Shown piece after piece: positions 18,694-29,533 of a stretch of DNA of 64,000 nucleotides. The notes under the pieces are model-generated. The model saw nothing but the letters and a program-made list of their open reading frames with translations. It was not told the DNA's origin and searched no databases. Both the position numbers and the translations under genes were made by a program. Source of the stretch: a virus (Duplodnaviria; Caudoviricetes); IMG/VR virus record IMGVR_UViG_3300042887_004553, positions 36 through 64,035 of that record; one strand, given 5' to 3'. Each line of letters starts with the position of its first letter. Position 1 is the first letter of the stretch.

Positions 18694-18913
18694 GTTTTTT
18701 TCGCTTTTTACCTTCAGGCCATTTAATTAAAATTGGTTGATTTCCTGTTGGTGCAAATCCAGAAACACCAGCACCCTTAAATCCAGATGGTAAAACTCCT
18801 TGGCTGTTTATGTTTGTGGAAGGTACAGGGGCTTGTCTTCCTTGAACAGCCTTAGCCCTTGGATACACATTATGTCCTTCAAGGATTTTTAATATTTCAT
18901 CATCAAATCTCAT
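18665..18913 (-). CDS. Small basic protein with capsid-targeting-like leader (start moved to MRFDD)
   Basis: MRFDDEILKILE-G; TGATG overlap with the upstream gene. Confidence 0.65.
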   Translation of the reverse strand: MRFDDEILKILEGHNVYPRAKAVQGRQAPVPSTNINSQGVLPSGFKGAGVSGFAPTGNQPILIKWPEGKKRKKLKKKKDFSS

Positions 18914-20067
18914 CAAAAAGCCTTTATACACTTTGTAACAACAGCACTAGGTTGTATAATATTTACTGGTTTACCCAACGGACCAGAATTTAAACCATCA
19001 ATTGATCCATCATCTGTGGTTCTAATATCTAAACCGAAATTTCCAACATTTGGTAACAGGGATGAATTACCAGAAGCGCCTCCAGCAACCACTGATTCTA
19101 AAGTATGAGTATGTGATGGTATATTTTCCTTTTTAAGAATGGAGTTTTCATCACCACCGACAGCGCCAACATAATTATCCAATGTGTTGGTTTTTATGCC
19201 CCCTGAACCAATCGTTGTTTTTCTACGAAGGTCTGGAACGTTAAATTTTGGAGCAACTCCCCCCCAGTTATTCCCAATAACATTGAATAATTCTGGGTAT
19301 TCTGAAGCTGAAAATGATTGACCATCACAAGATAAAAAACCAGTTGGTGGGGTGATTCCAGCAAAATCGATTATCGTTCCTATGGGGATACCAAAAACCT
19401 GATTACTATTGACCAATAGAGGGGATAATACATCAGCCAAATCTTGTAAATTTATATTTTCAACTGAACCATAAATGCCTAAATTGCCTTTAATATGGTT
19501 TCCTGGCATATCATCCAACATTTCATTGGTGACTCCTCTATCATTTATTTTCAATTTACCTAGAGCATCAAAACCCAATCCTCCAATTGTTGAAGTATCC
19601 GTTAATCTTATTTTAGATTGATCGATTGGATCTTTTTCCAAACCTCTACCCACAATATTATCCGTCAAATATGTTGCATCTAAACTTTTAAGCTTTACGG
19701 ATATACCACTTGTTTGGCTTAAAACAGTTGTCATGTTATCTGCTGTAAAATTTCTAGTTATTTTAGCATATGACTCTATATTTAAAGTATTTATACCAGT
19801 TAATGTATATAAGTTATTTGTTGTATTATCAAATACCATATCTCCACGATATGCTGAAACAATTCCACTTGAATTTGTAAATAAATTAAAATTGGCAAAT
19901 CCTAAAAACTTATTAGATATAACATTTCCACCATAAGTTACACCATCTCCTATAAAAAGCCTCTCATAATCCGATACATACATAGGTTCACCTGAAGAAT
20001 ATACAACATTTTCCCTCTGTCTTTCAACACCTGTACGTAAAATTATCTTGGTAAATTTATCTGCCAT
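18913..20067 (-). CDS. Tail collar-domain fibre protein (short-tail-fibre-like; start moved to MADKF)
   Basis: N-terminal KIILRTG...GEP...RLFIGDG; IPIGTIIDFAG...GFLSCDGQ...YPELFNVIG tail collar; TATAAATA 5 nt upstream. Confidence 0.85.
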   Translation of the reverse strand: MADKFTKIILRTGVERQRENVVYSSGEPMYVSDYERLFIGDGVTYGGNVISNKFLGFANFNLFTNSSGIVSAYRGDMVFDNTTNNLYTLTGINTLNIESYAKITRNFTADNMTTVLSQTSGISVKLKSLDATYLTDNIVGRGLEKDPIDQSKIRLTDTSTIGGLGFDALGKLKINDRGVTNEMLDDMPGNHIKGNLGIYGSVENINLQDLADVLSPLLVNSNQVFGIPIGTIIDFAGITPPTGFLSCDGQSFSASEYPELFNVIGNNWGGVAPKFNVPDLRRKTTIGSGGIKTNTLDNYVGAVGGDENSILKKENIPSHTHTLESVVAGGASGNSSLLPNVGNFGLDIRTTDDGSIDGLNSGPLGKPVNIIQPSAVVTKCIKAF

Positions 20068-20119
20068 AGGAATATTTATATTGGACGCTGTAAATAACAC
20101 TCAAGATGTTATTAAAATA

Positions 20120-20147
20120 TTGACTATCCTTTATTATAGTGTATCAT
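20120..20147 (+). promoter_or_regulatory. Sigma70-type promoter, 7 nt before ATG
   Basis: TTGACT-N16-TATCAT-N7-ATG. Confidence 0.65.
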
Positions 20148-20154
20148 TCATACA

Positions 20155-20613
20155 ATGAATGAAGAATTTTTATCTTACGAGGAAGCCCCAGTTGAAAAAT
20201 ATAATAAAATAAAAAACATTAAAGTTTTTGTAGGATGTAATATTAAATCCTTATATGATGAAAAACGTATTCGAATTAAAGAAGAGTTTAATCCCATTAG
20301 AATCGAACATTGTGGAAGAAATTTATTCGGTACTATTTTCGAACCAAGTAAAAAACATTTGTTTTTTGTAAGATTTTCACTAGATGTGGATTCATTAGAT
20401 TTATATTCGTACAATAAGCTATTATCCGAAAACAATTTATCCTGTGATGAAAATTTTGCTTATTTAACAAATAAATTATATCCCGTTGATTCAAAATACA
20501 TTTGCGAGTACATACCGAATTTTAAATATAGTGAATTCTTTGAAGATGATTTAAATGTACCTGTATATCAGAACATTAAATCCGTAAATATGTTTTTTTT
20601 GACTCCAGAGTAA
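20155..20613 (+). CDS. Hypothetical protein
   Basis: 152-aa ORF with its own promoter. Confidence 0.7.
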   Translation: MNEEFLSYEEAPVEKYNKIKNIKVFVGCNIKSLYDEKRIRIKEEFNPIRIEHCGRNLFGTIFEPSKKHLFFVRFSLDVDSLDLYSYNKLLSENNLSCDENFAYLTNKLYPVDSKYICEYIPNFKYSEFFEDDLNVPVYQNIKSVNMFFLTPE

Positions 20614-20647
20614 AACCTTTGGAGGTGGGTTAAATAGGAATACACAT

Positions 20648-21619
20648 ATGATTTTCGAAGAACAAATTTCACGCAAACCAAACAAATATCCATGGACAGA
20701 ACAATTCATAGAGGCTATGCATAATGGATTCTGGACGGATAAAGAATTTTCTTTTAAATCCGATGTTCAACAATTTAAAGTTTCATTGAGTGATCAAGAA
20801 AGAGAAATTATCATTAGAACATTATCGGCTATTGGCCAAATTGAAATAGCAGTTAAAACTTTTTGGGCAAAGCTTGGGGAAAATCTTCCCCATCCAGCAT
20901 TGCAAGACTTGGGATATGTAATGGCTAACACTGAAGTTATTCATAACAACGCATATGAACGTCTAATTTCCACACTTGGATTGGAAGATGTTTTTGAAGA
21001 AAATTTAAAACTCGATTGGATCGAAGGTAGAGTCAAATATCTTAAAAAATATACTCATCGTTATTATAAAGATTCCAAAAAGCAGTATGTTTATGCATTG
21101 ACACTGTTCACTTTATTTGTTGAAAATGTTTCTTTATTCTCCCAGTTCTATGTGATCAACTGGTTCGCTAGATTCAAAAATGTTCTTAAGGACACAGATC
21201 AACAAGTAAAGTACACACGCAATGAAGAGAATATTCATGGTATGGTTGGTGCTCAAATCATCAATACTATCAGAGGGGAATATCCAGAATTGTTTGATGA
21301 TGAATTTAGAAACAGAATCATCGGTGAAGCGAAAGAAGCGTATGACGCAGAGTCTAAAATTATTGATTGGATGGTAAATGGAATTAAAGAAGAAGGTCTT
21401 AGTGCCGTTATTCTCAAAGAATTTGTTAAGAATAGAATCAACGAATCATTAAAAATGATCGGATTTCCTAATGCTTTTGAGATTGACAAAAATCTCATTT
21501 CTTCTACAATGTGGTTCGAAGAGGAATTATTGGGCAATAATATGACCGACTTTTTCCATAGCAAAGACACGGGTTACTCTAAAAAATCACAATGTTTCGA
21601 TGAATCTGAATTATTTTAA
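20648..21619 (+). CDS. nrdB: Ribonucleotide reductase class I beta subunit
   Basis: FWTDKEF, EVIHNNAY, VENVSLFSQF, RNEENIHG diiron motifs; DFFH. Confidence 0.95.
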   Translation: MIFEEQISRKPNKYPWTEQFIEAMHNGFWTDKEFSFKSDVQQFKVSLSDQEREIIIRTLSAIGQIEIAVKTFWAKLGENLPHPALQDLGYVMANTEVIHNNAYERLISTLGLEDVFEENLKLDWIEGRVKYLKKYTHRYYKDSKKQYVYALTLFTLFVENVSLFSQFYVINWFARFKNVLKDTDQQVKYTRNEENIHGMVGAQIINTIRGEYPELFDDEFRNRIIGEAKEAYDAESKIIDWMVNGIKEEGLSAVILKEFVKNRINESLKMIGFPNAFEIDKNLISSTMWFEEELLGNNMTDFFHSKDTGYSKKSQCFDESELF

Positions 21620-21621
21620 TT

Positions 21622-21789
21622 ATGGATCATTTTAAATCGGATAAAACTGCGGATGAATTAGCATCATCTTATAGAAGTGCAATGCATGAAACGATCGAAG
21701 AATGTTTGAAAAAAATAAAATATCTTGAAGAACAGCTTGATATTATAGACGAAGTTATTAAAGAATTAAAATTAAAAAATATTATATGA
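21622..21789 (+). CDS. 55-aa predicted helical protein between nrdB and nrdA (absent from ORF track)
   Basis: MDHFKSDKTADELASSYRSAMHETIEECLKKIKYLEEQLDIIDEVIKELKLKNII*; ATGA overlap with nrdA. Confidence 0.7.
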   Translation: MDHFKSDKTADELASSYRSAMHETIEECLKKIKYLEEQLDIIDEVIKELKLKNII

Positions 21790-23435
21790 TAAACAAATAC
21801 GAATGGCTGAACAAGGACTCCCGAAAATTTCTCGAACGAGGATACTTGTTAGAGGGAGAAACGGCAGAACAAAGAATTAGAGATATAGCAGATACCTCGG
21901 AAAAATATCTAAATATTAAAGGATTTGCTGATAAATTTGAAGATTATATGTCAAGGGGATTTTACTCTTTGTCTAGTCCAATCTGGTCAAATTTCGGACG
22001 TAAAAGAGGTCTTCCAATCTCTTGCTTTGGATCATACATTCCTGATACTATGGATGGAATTATGGAAAAGGTTTCTGAAACCGCCGTAATGACAAAACAT
22101 GGTGGTGGAACATCTGCATATTTTGGTAAACTTAGGGGCAGAGGGACTCCGATTTCTTCTGGTGGAGAATCTACAGGTTCCGTGCATTTCATGGAATTAT
22201 TCGATAAACTCATGAATGTAGTTTCTCAAGGAAATGTGCGTAGAGGATCATTTGCTGCTTATCTCCCAATCGATCATCCAGACATCGAAGAGTTCTTGAA
22301 GATTAAATCCGAAGGAAGTGATATTCAAGATTTATCTATTGGTGTTTGTGTTTCCGATGAATGGATGAACAAAATGAAAGATGGTGATAAAGAAGCTCGT
22401 AAGATTTGGGGGCTTGTTATCAAGAAACGTTTCGAGTCTGGTTATCCGTATATTTTCTTTAGTGATAATGTAAACAATCAAGCTCCTCAAGTTTACAAGG
22501 ATAAGGGGTTGATGATTAATAATTCTAACTTGTGTTCGGAAATTATGCTTTCTAATTCGGAAGGTGAGTCTTTTGTTTGTGATCTATCATCATTAAATTT
22601 AGAGGCATGGAATGAGTGGAAGGATACCGATGCAGTGGAAACCTTGGTTTATTTTTTGGATGCGGTAATGACCGAATTCATCGACAAAACAGAAGGAATG
22701 AAGTTCATGGAAGCACCTAGAAAATTTGCAATGAACCAGAGAGCATTGGGTGTTGGGGTTCTAGGATGGCATTCTTTATTGCAATCTAAAATGATCCCAT
22801 TTGAGTCTATGGCAGCAAAGATGTTGAACAGTCAGATTTGGATATCAATTAGAAGTAAAGCTGATAATGCAACCAAATCATTGGCTGACAAATTGGGAGA
22901 AGCACCATTATTGATTGGATATGGTAGAAGGAATGCAACAACACTTGCTATTGCCCCCACTACATCTAGTTCTTTTATACTTGGTCAAGTATCGCCAAGT
23001 ATTGAACCGCTTAATAGTAATTATTTTGTCAAAGACCTCAGTAAAGGTAAATTCACATTTAAAAATCCATATCTCAAAAAACTCTTGAAAGAAAAGGGTA
23101 AAGACGATGATGAAAATTGGAAGTCTATTTTAGTTAAAGGTGGTAGTGTTCAGCATTTAGACTTTCTTTCGGAAAATGAAAAAGACGTATTCAAAACTTT
23201 CGGTGAAATATCACAAAAAGAAATCGTAATCCAAGCGGCACAGCGTCAAAAGTATATTGATCAGGGTCAGAGTTTGAATATTATGATTCCCCCAAATACC
23301 AAACCGAAGGAAGTTAATGAACTTATGATTTTTGCATGGGAACAGGGTATTAAATCACTCTATTATCAGCGCAGTGCCAATCCAGCACAGGAGTTAGCTC
23401 GTTCTATTTTAAGTTGCAAATCATGTGAAGCATAG
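21786..23435 (+). CDS. nrdA: Ribonucleotide reductase class I alpha subunit (short, no ATP cone)
   Basis: LPISCF, GGGT, RRGSFA, SNLCSEI, APTTSSS, KSLYYQR; C-terminal CKSC. Confidence 0.95.
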   Translation: MINKYEWLNKDSRKFLERGYLLEGETAEQRIRDIADTSEKYLNIKGFADKFEDYMSRGFYSLSSPIWSNFGRKRGLPISCFGSYIPDTMDGIMEKVSETAVMTKHGGGTSAYFGKLRGRGTPISSGGESTGSVHFMELFDKLMNVVSQGNVRRGSFAAYLPIDHPDIEEFLKIKSEGSDIQDLSIGVCVSDEWMNKMKDGDKEARKIWGLVIKKRFESGYPYIFFSDNVNNQAPQVYKDKGLMINNSNLCSEIMLSNSEGESFVCDLSSLNLEAWNEWKDTDAVETLVYFLDAVMTEFIDKTEGMKFMEAPRKFAMNQRALGVGVLGWHSLLQSKMIPFESMAAKMLNSQIWISIRSKADNATKSLADKLGEAPLLIGYGRRNATTLAIAPTTSSSFILGQVSPSIEPLNSNYFVKDLSKGKFTFKNPYLKKLLKEKGKDDDENWKSILVKGGSVQHLDFLSENEKDVFKTFGEISQKEIVIQAAQRQKYIDQGQSLNIMIPPNTKPKEVNELMIFAWEQGIKSLYYQRSANPAQELARSILSCKSCEA

Positions 23436-23460
23436 GTGATTTTAGATAAATATTAGAACC

Positions 23461-24705
23461 ATGCCTGTTCTAATAGATACCAAAAGCGAAGAGAGTGATT
23501 TACACCCAACATTATTTGGATTTCCAACTAAAAATGGATTTGCATCTAAGAGTTTAAATTTCATTTATATAATTGTCATGGTTGTTGCCGTGGCATTTGC
23601 ATTTCACGCTCTCGCTCTAATACTCACTGGTTGGAATGTTGGTTTAATATTCCTAGCATCTTTGGCTGTTGTCGGTTTACCATACTGTATTAAAATTATA
23701 ATGTATGGTAAAGAAGTGTTTGAATATAACATGGCTGTTCTTTGTATAGTAATCAGCCTTTTACCCACAATATTCGACTTTGTGGGTTTTTATTCTGAGA
23801 CTAGCATTAAACAGTCTTTGATGAATAAAAAATTCGAAGTTTTGGAAATTGTTAATTATTTTGATAAAGAAGCTAGATCATCTATTAACAAAGAGATATT
23901 GGCTTTAGAAAATGGTGCAAATAAAAAATTAACTGAAGAAGAACAGAACTTCAATATAAAGATAAAGGAATTTAATGATAAATTGAATAGAGTTGAGAGC
24001 GATATAGAACAAAAATCAAACTCTCAATTGCGAGTATTAAACGATAGAGTTAATAAAGCACAACAGGCTGTGACGGATGAAACGAAGGGAGTTAGGGGTA
24101 AGTCAACATCTGGAATATCTGGAGTTGGTCCAAGATCAATTGAATTGGAGGCTGATTTAAGGAAAGAAGAAGCGACTGTCGAATTGGAAAAAAAGGAATT
24201 GGATGATAATAAGAAGAGAGAAGTTGAAACAACCAAAACAACTATTGAATTGGAAAAAAGAACTTTGGAAGAAAATTATTTGAAAGAATTGGATAGAATT
24301 AAAAAAGAAAATGAAAGTAAATTGAATTCATTGAATCAAGGAATTGAGTCGATAGAGGCTTTATTGGGAAATGATGGTTTGGTATTGAAAGCCAACAAAG
24401 CAACTAGTTTCATGGAACTGGCAGATGTTTCAGTTAGATTGAATAGTGCTATAAATGTAGTATCCTCTAAATTAAATGTTGAACCAAAATATATAAAATT
24501 CGAATCCGATAATGTTATTCAGTTGTCATTTGGTGCATTAATTCGTGGAGACATCACAGCATTAATATGTTTCTTATTGGCTATGTTACTGGAAATAGTT
24601 GATACCATAATAGTTTACATGGTTCGTGGTGTTAAACCAGAAAAAAAGAAAAAATACGAAGAGCCAGTTGATAATTTGAGATCGAGGACATATTACGATT
24701 ATTGA
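23461..24705 (+). CDS. Membrane protein with long coiled coil (DUF4407-like)
   Basis: Three N-terminal TM segments, coiled coil containing SGISGVGP, C-terminal TM. Confidence 0.65.
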   Translation: MPVLIDTKSEESDLHPTLFGFPTKNGFASKSLNFIYIIVMVVAVAFAFHALALILTGWNVGLIFLASLAVVGLPYCIKIIMYGKEVFEYNMAVLCIVISLLPTIFDFVGFYSETSIKQSLMNKKFEVLEIVNYFDKEARSSINKEILALENGANKKLTEEEQNFNIKIKEFNDKLNRVESDIEQKSNSQLRVLNDRVNKAQQAVTDETKGVRGKSTSGISGVGPRSIELEADLRKEEATVELEKKELDDNKKREVETTKTTIELEKRTLEENYLKELDRIKKENESKLNSLNQGIESIEALLGNDGLVLKANKATSFMELADVSVRLNSAINVVSSKLNVEPKYIKFESDNVIQLSFGALIRGDITALICFLLAMLLEIVDTIIVYMVRGVKPEKKKKYEEPVDNLRSRTYYDY

Positions 24706-24715
24706 CAAATAATTA

Positions 24716-24743
24716 TTGACATGTGAACTTATTCTGTTAATAT
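24716..24743 (+). promoter_or_regulatory. Sigma70-type promoter with extended -10
   Basis: TTGACA-N16-TAATAT with TGn directly before the -10. Confidence 0.7.
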
Positions 24744-24760
24744 TAATGGAATATCTTCAT

Positions 24761-25810
24761 ATGATACACAACAAAAAAGCAAAAGCACTGGAATTGAAAA
24801 CAAAAGGTTACACAGCATGTGAAGCCGCACATAAATTGAATATTCCAAAATCAACTGTTTGGGATTGGTTTAATCCTAAGAGTAAGAATGAATATCCAGT
24901 TTCTTATGTTAATGATAATTTAACTGAACAAAGAAATTCCAGAAAAGAAAGTCTCGATATTGAAGATTTCCTATCCCAATTAGCTCCAATTGAAATCGAT
25001 AAGCCAGTTATCAGAAAAACAGCTAAAAATCCATCGGATTACGTTGTTATCATGAATGATTTGCATTTTCCTATGCAATGTCAGAAATCAATCGACATTG
25101 CTCTCGCTGTAATTGATGAACTCAAACCAAAAAGTATTATTTTAAATGGAGATACTATGGATATGTTAGCAATTTCAAGATATCCAAAAGATATTAGAAC
25201 ATCATTCAATCTTTTAACTGAGAGAATTGAGTATCATAAGTTTTTAAATTCTTTGATTGAAGTTTCCGAAGGTGCTGAAATCATTGAAACTCACGGTAAT
25301 CACAGCGGAGATTCAACATTTGGCCGTTGGTGGAGATATTTGAGTGATAGAATTGGTGAATTGGCATGTCTTCCAGAAATTAAAGAGACATTGAGTTATG
25401 AAAATGTATTTTTGGGTGAATATCAAGAATATGTAACAATGGCTGATTATGTTGAACTCAATAAAGATCTTGTGGTTTTACATGGTGAGGTTGTTAGAAA
25501 ACATGGTGGAATGTCAGCTAGAGGTAATTTGGAAAAATACTTCCAATCTTCAATCATAGGCCACACCCATAGGGTTGGATCGACAGCACAAAGAATTCCA
25601 GGAATTGGAAGAAAGAAAGAGAAGCAAATTTATGCATGGGAGCTAGGCTGTATGTGTGACTTGAACCCCTTGTACGGGTCGGCTCCAAACTGGCAAAATG
25701 CTTTTGGAATTGTATCAATTGGTGAAGATGATAGTTTTTCTGTAGAAACGGTTATGATTAATGATGGGACTGCTAATATTTCTACACTCGGTAAGAGTAT
25801 TTCTGTTTAA
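24761..25810 (+). CDS. HTH + calcineurin-like metallophosphoesterase (start 24746 or 24761)
   Basis: EAAHKLNIPKSTVWDW HTH; MNDLHFP, LNGDTMD, GNH, LHG, GHTHR motifs. Confidence 0.85.
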   Translation: MIHNKKAKALELKTKGYTACEAAHKLNIPKSTVWDWFNPKSKNEYPVSYVNDNLTEQRNSRKESLDIEDFLSQLAPIEIDKPVIRKTAKNPSDYVVIMNDLHFPMQCQKSIDIALAVIDELKPKSIILNGDTMDMLAISRYPKDIRTSFNLLTERIEYHKFLNSLIEVSEGAEIIETHGNHSGDSTFGRWWRYLSDRIGELACLPEIKETLSYENVFLGEYQEYVTMADYVELNKDLVVLHGEVVRKHGGMSARGNLEKYFQSSIIGHTHRVGSTAQRIPGIGRKKEKQIYAWELGCMCDLNPLYGSAPNWQNAFGIVSIGEDDSFSVETVMINDGTANISTLGKSISV

Positions 25811-25850
25811 ATTCATTAAAGAACTGCCATATTATTAACTAAATAATAAT

Positions 25851-27860
25851 ATGGCAGTTCAAACAGCAGAATACTTAAAAGAGCGTTTTCAAGATTTAAA
25901 AAGACCAATAGGTACTGAATTTTCAGACCTAATTGACTCGTGTCACAATAGTTCCGTTTCTGGGAATGTTACCGTTTTTGGTAGCGTTACAGCGAACGAT
26001 GTTTCGGTATTAAATGATGTTATTATGGCCGCTGATAATGGAGCCAAATTCAGAATTACCATATCTGATGTTGGTGAAATTTTAACAACCCCTCTGGTTG
26101 CATTAAGCCCGACTCCTACCCCCACATGTAGCGTTACTCCAACATGTACACCAACAGTAACCCCCACATTAACTCCAACATCAACCCCAACAGTAACCCC
26201 AACAAACACAGTAACTCCTACAGTTACTCCAACAAATACAGTCACTCCAACAAATACGCCTACTGGAACTCCAACAGTTACTCCAACAAATACAGTAACC
26301 CCAACAAACACAGTAACTCCTACAGTTACTCCAACAAATACAGTCACTCCAACAAATACGCCTACTGGAACTCCAACAGTTACTCCAACAAACACAGTAA
26401 CTCCTACAGTTACTCCAACAAATACAGTCACTCCAACAAATACAGTAACCCCAACAAACACAGTAACTCCTACAGTTACTCCAACAAATACGCCTACTGG
26501 AACTCCAACAAGTACACCTACTCCAACCCCTACCCCAACTCCAACTTATATACCACCTGCTTCAATTCCCCTCGCTCTTTTCGAAACGATAAATGTAGAA
26601 GATTCAATAACAGATCTCAGTAGTATTAATGAATATCAAATAACAGTTGACGATGCTGTTTATAGATTCAGTTTATTAGTTGATGGTATTAGTGGTGTGG
26701 ATTTTACAAATATATATGATATTAATGATTTTAATAATTGTAAATTAATTATATCTACAACTAATTCAATTTCCTCAAATAAATCGGAAATTTTTGTCAA
26801 TGAAAGTTGCACATTATCTACAATAAATGATGATTTCTTCACTTTTTATTATTATACAACTGGTTCGGTTGTTGCTAAATTTAGAAAGAAGCTCAAAAAT
26901 GCACCATCTGTGAGTTCTTTCGATTTATGTAACTATGGTGATATCTGTGTAACTATAAATGATTCTAATTTAGGAACCGAGGTTATAGAAACCTTTAACC
27001 ATGATGGTAAACCTATGGCATATTATGAAAATTGGGGGTATGATCAACCCGATAGTTATACTTCACCCAACGGAAGATTTCAATTGCAAAGAGTTCCACA
27101 GGGAAGTTGGGATGAAAGTGGAATTGATGGAGGATATCGTTGGTGGTTTTTTTACACAAACAGTTACACCTCATATCAACTAACATCGCAATTATTTGCT
27201 ACTTTTGATGAAGCGAAATGTCCATTAACAGTAGATTTTGGTGGAAATTGTAATTATAGAGTAGTGTATAAATTGGATCCTGATGGTTGGTACAGATTCC
27301 CAGGATTAAACTACAATGCATTCCAAATTTCTGTTAAAGAAAACGCTTGCCCAGTTACTCCTACCCCAACACCGAGTGTAACGCCAACTAATACGATAAC
27401 ACCTACTCCTACACAAACTGAAAACCTAACACCAACACCTACTCCTACACCAACCGAAACTCCTACACAATATCTACAGCTTTGTGGGTTAAGTTCAGTA
27501 TGTGTAACTATATCTGGAGCTAATGGTTCTTATCTCAATGAATTACCAACTACATATGTTAATTCCACAAGTAGTTACTATATTAATCATCCATCCGTTG
27601 TTCAAGTATATGATGTTGCTGGTTGGGGTAGTGATTGGCCTCTAGTTCTAAAAGCTGATCCTCTTAGTGGTTATCGTTGGCAATGGTTCTTTGGCGAAGG
27701 CATATTCTTAACACAATGGTTTTATTATCCAGTATGCCCAACATCCGTAGATAACGGTGGTCTTTGTGTTTATGAATTAAATACAGGTAGCACTGATTGG
27801 CCTTGGTTAAGCGCACAATATAATGGAAGCACATTGAGCGTTAAAGCTGGTGATTGTTAA
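25851..27860 (+). CDS. Virion appendage-like protein with mucin-like Thr/Pro repeats and a duplicated Cys-containing domain
   Basis: TAAATA 5 nt upstream; N-terminal LKERFQ...[12 protein letters not shown] anchor; about 150 aa of TPT repeats; two homologous domains. Confidence 0.8.
   Translation: MAVQTAEYLKERFQDLKRPIGTEFSDLIDSCHNSSVSGNVTVFGSVTANDVSVLNDVIMAADNGAKFRITISDVGEILTTPLVALSPTPTPTCSVTPTCTPTVTPTLTPTSTPTVTPTNTVTPTVTPTNTVTPTNTPTGTPTVTPTNTVTPTNTVTPTVTPTNTVTPTNTPTGTPTVTPTNTVTPTVTPTNTVTPTNTVTPTNTVTPTVTPTNTPTGTPTSTPTPTPTPTPTYIPPASIPLALFETINVEDSITDLSSINEYQITVDDAVYRFSLLVDGISGVDFTNIYDINDFNNCKLIISTTNSISSNKSEIFVNESCTLSTINDDFFTFYYYTTGSVVAKFRKKLKNAPSVSSFDLCNYGDICVTINDSNLGTEVIETFNHDGKPMAYYENWGYDQPDSYTSPNGRFQLQRVPQGSWDESGIDGGYRWWFFYTNSYTSYQLTSQLFATFDEAKCPLTVDFGGNCNYRVVYKLDPDGWYRFPGLNYNAFQISVKENACPVTPTPTPSVTPTNTITPTPTQTENLTPTPTPTPTETPTQYLQLCGLSSVCVTISGANGSYLNELPTTYVNSTSSYYINHPSVVQVYDVAGWGSDWPLVLKADPLSGYRWQWFFGEGIFLTQWFYYPVCPTSVDNGGLCVYELNTGSTDWPWLSAQYNGSTLSVKAGDC
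26110..26560 (+). repeat. Coding TPT(N/V)T tandem repeats including an exact 102-nt duplication
   Basis: 26190-26291 is repeated at 26292-26393. Confidence 0.9.
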
Positions 27861-29533
27861 GATTCTTTTCTCAAATCCATAGAATAGTGTTCAAATCTAT
27901 TATGACTTATTGGACTGCTCAATAAAATTGCTGGTTTGATATTCCCAGATATGGTTTGTTGATAGATATAAGACATCCAAGTTTGCTCAAAAGGTCTTGT
28001 CCACTTATCAGTTAAGAACATTTTACGATTTCCATACTTGGAAACGATTTGAGGCCAATTGCAATAATAAATTTCTCCATCAGCAAAAGGAATGCCGTTA
28101 TATGATTTTATATTGTTGAATTTTGTCTTAGGTGCATTCGGATCTAATCCAGAGATAGGTAAATTTGGTTTATCTGGCCAATTTTTAACCCTAAAAGACT
28201 GAGGCACATTATACCAAGCCCATTGAGTCGAGTTATCACCGTAAAATTCTGTAAATGATAATTTCAAAAAGTCATAATTATTTTTCTTAATTATATTTAA
28301 AGTGTTATAATAGAAATTATCCAAATAAACCGAAAAACCATTTTTACAAGGGTGAATCCATTTTGAATTTAAAAACATATCATCTTCAAAGAAGAAATAA
28401 AAATCGAAATTATTTTCATCTGCATGCTCTGCAATAAATTGTCTACCACCACATATTCCTAGATTTTCTTTCTTGATATGATTAAAATTATGTTCTTCAC
28501 ATATCCTAGCATATTCATCAAATGTGGATTCATCTGTTGAATTATCCAATAAGAATTTTCTAGGTTTCGCAATAAAACATGTATCATAAAGAGACATTGA
28601 TTCAATTAATGTTTCAAATTGCTTTGGACTATTAAATGATATAACATATAATGCTGTATTATTCATATCCAAATCATTATCCGTATTTAAAGTCGATGAT
28701 TCCGATTTAATAGTCAACTTATCGTCTTTTAGATTTTCGAAAAAAGTACTCATCAGTCCATTAGATTCTATCTCAAAATAATTGATAATATCGGAGTGTT
28801 TATAACACATCGCAGAAAAGATGGATTCCTCTGTTCCCATATAACCATCATTTAATGTTGTTAATAGTAAATCATAGTACAGTGCGCTTATTGGGGATAT
28901 ACTTTCCTTCAAACCCCCAAAAAAACCTCCTCTAGCTACTTTACTGACCTTAGAATTGGCTATTTGATTTAACTTGCTATATTCAAATCCATGAATTTCA
29001 GTTTCTGCATCATAAGGAAAACATACAAATGAGAAATTCTTAATGTATTTTGGTAATTTATTTAAAACTTTATCATGTGTAAAATAACCATAGTGTACTG
29101 TATTCGTGATTCCAGCATCTATCCAAAACATATGCTCTGAATTAAATGTGTCCATTATTTTAGCATCATTTAATAAAAACATCTTTGACATGACAAGAGG
29201 GTTGTACATCTCTAGTTTGGATTGAGTTGAGTCAATGAGCCAACCAGATAAATTATGCCAATCTGGATTTGTTCTTATTTTTTGAATTTGTTGATAATAT
29301 TCGTTATTTTTAAACCAATTCAAATCTCTCAATATGAATTGAGTATTGTTTTTATTTCTTTCAGAAAATACAATTTTTTCTAATTCAGCATCTCCGAAAA
29401 TAATCATATTTTCTTCTACTTTTAAAAGTTCTTTAAATTTTTCAATATAATGTTCAAAGGAACGCGACCAACCCTCCTTCAAATCACCTCTTCCAATATC
29501 CCATAAACCAGTAACCAATGTTATATTATTCAT
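27857..29533 (-). CDS. HtrL/YibB-like domain fused to a GT-A (GT2-like) domain
   Basis: [30 protein letters not shown]; C-terminal NLGICGGR and FFFEDD. Confidence 0.75.
   Translation of the reverse strand: MNNITLVTGLWDIGRGDLKEGWSRSFEHYIEKFKELLKVEENMIIFGDAELEKIVFSERNKNNTQFILRDLNWFKNNEYYQQIQKIRTNPDWHNLSGWLIDSTQSKLEMYNPLVMSKMFLLNDAKIMDTFNSEHMFWIDAGITNTVHYGYFTHDKVLNKLPKYIKNFSFVCFPYDAETEIHGFEYSKLNQIANSKVSKVARGGFFGGLKESISPISALYYDLLLTTLNDGYMGTEESIFSAMCYKHSDIINYFEIESNGLMSTFFENLKDDKLTIKSESSTLNTDNDLDMNNTALYVISFNSPKQFETLIESMSLYDTCFIAKPRKFLLDNSTDESTFDEYARICEEHNFNHIKKENLGICGGRQFIAEHADENNFDFYFFFEDDMFLNSKWIHPCKNGFSVYLDNFYYNTLNIIKKNNYDFLKLSFTEFYGDNSTQWAWYNVPQSFRVKNWPDKPNLPISGLDPNAPKTKFNNIKSYNGIPFADGEIYYCNWPQIVSKYGNRKMFLTDKWTRPFEQTWMSYIYQQTISGNIKPAILLSSPISHNRFEHYSMDLRKES

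Noticed and set aside
25943-26623. Long Val/Gly-rich and Asn/Ser/Tyr-rich ORFs (25943-26461 minus; 26144-26623 plus)
   Set aside because: Antisense and alternate-frame shadows of the TPT repeat; the repeat simply lacks stop codons in those frames
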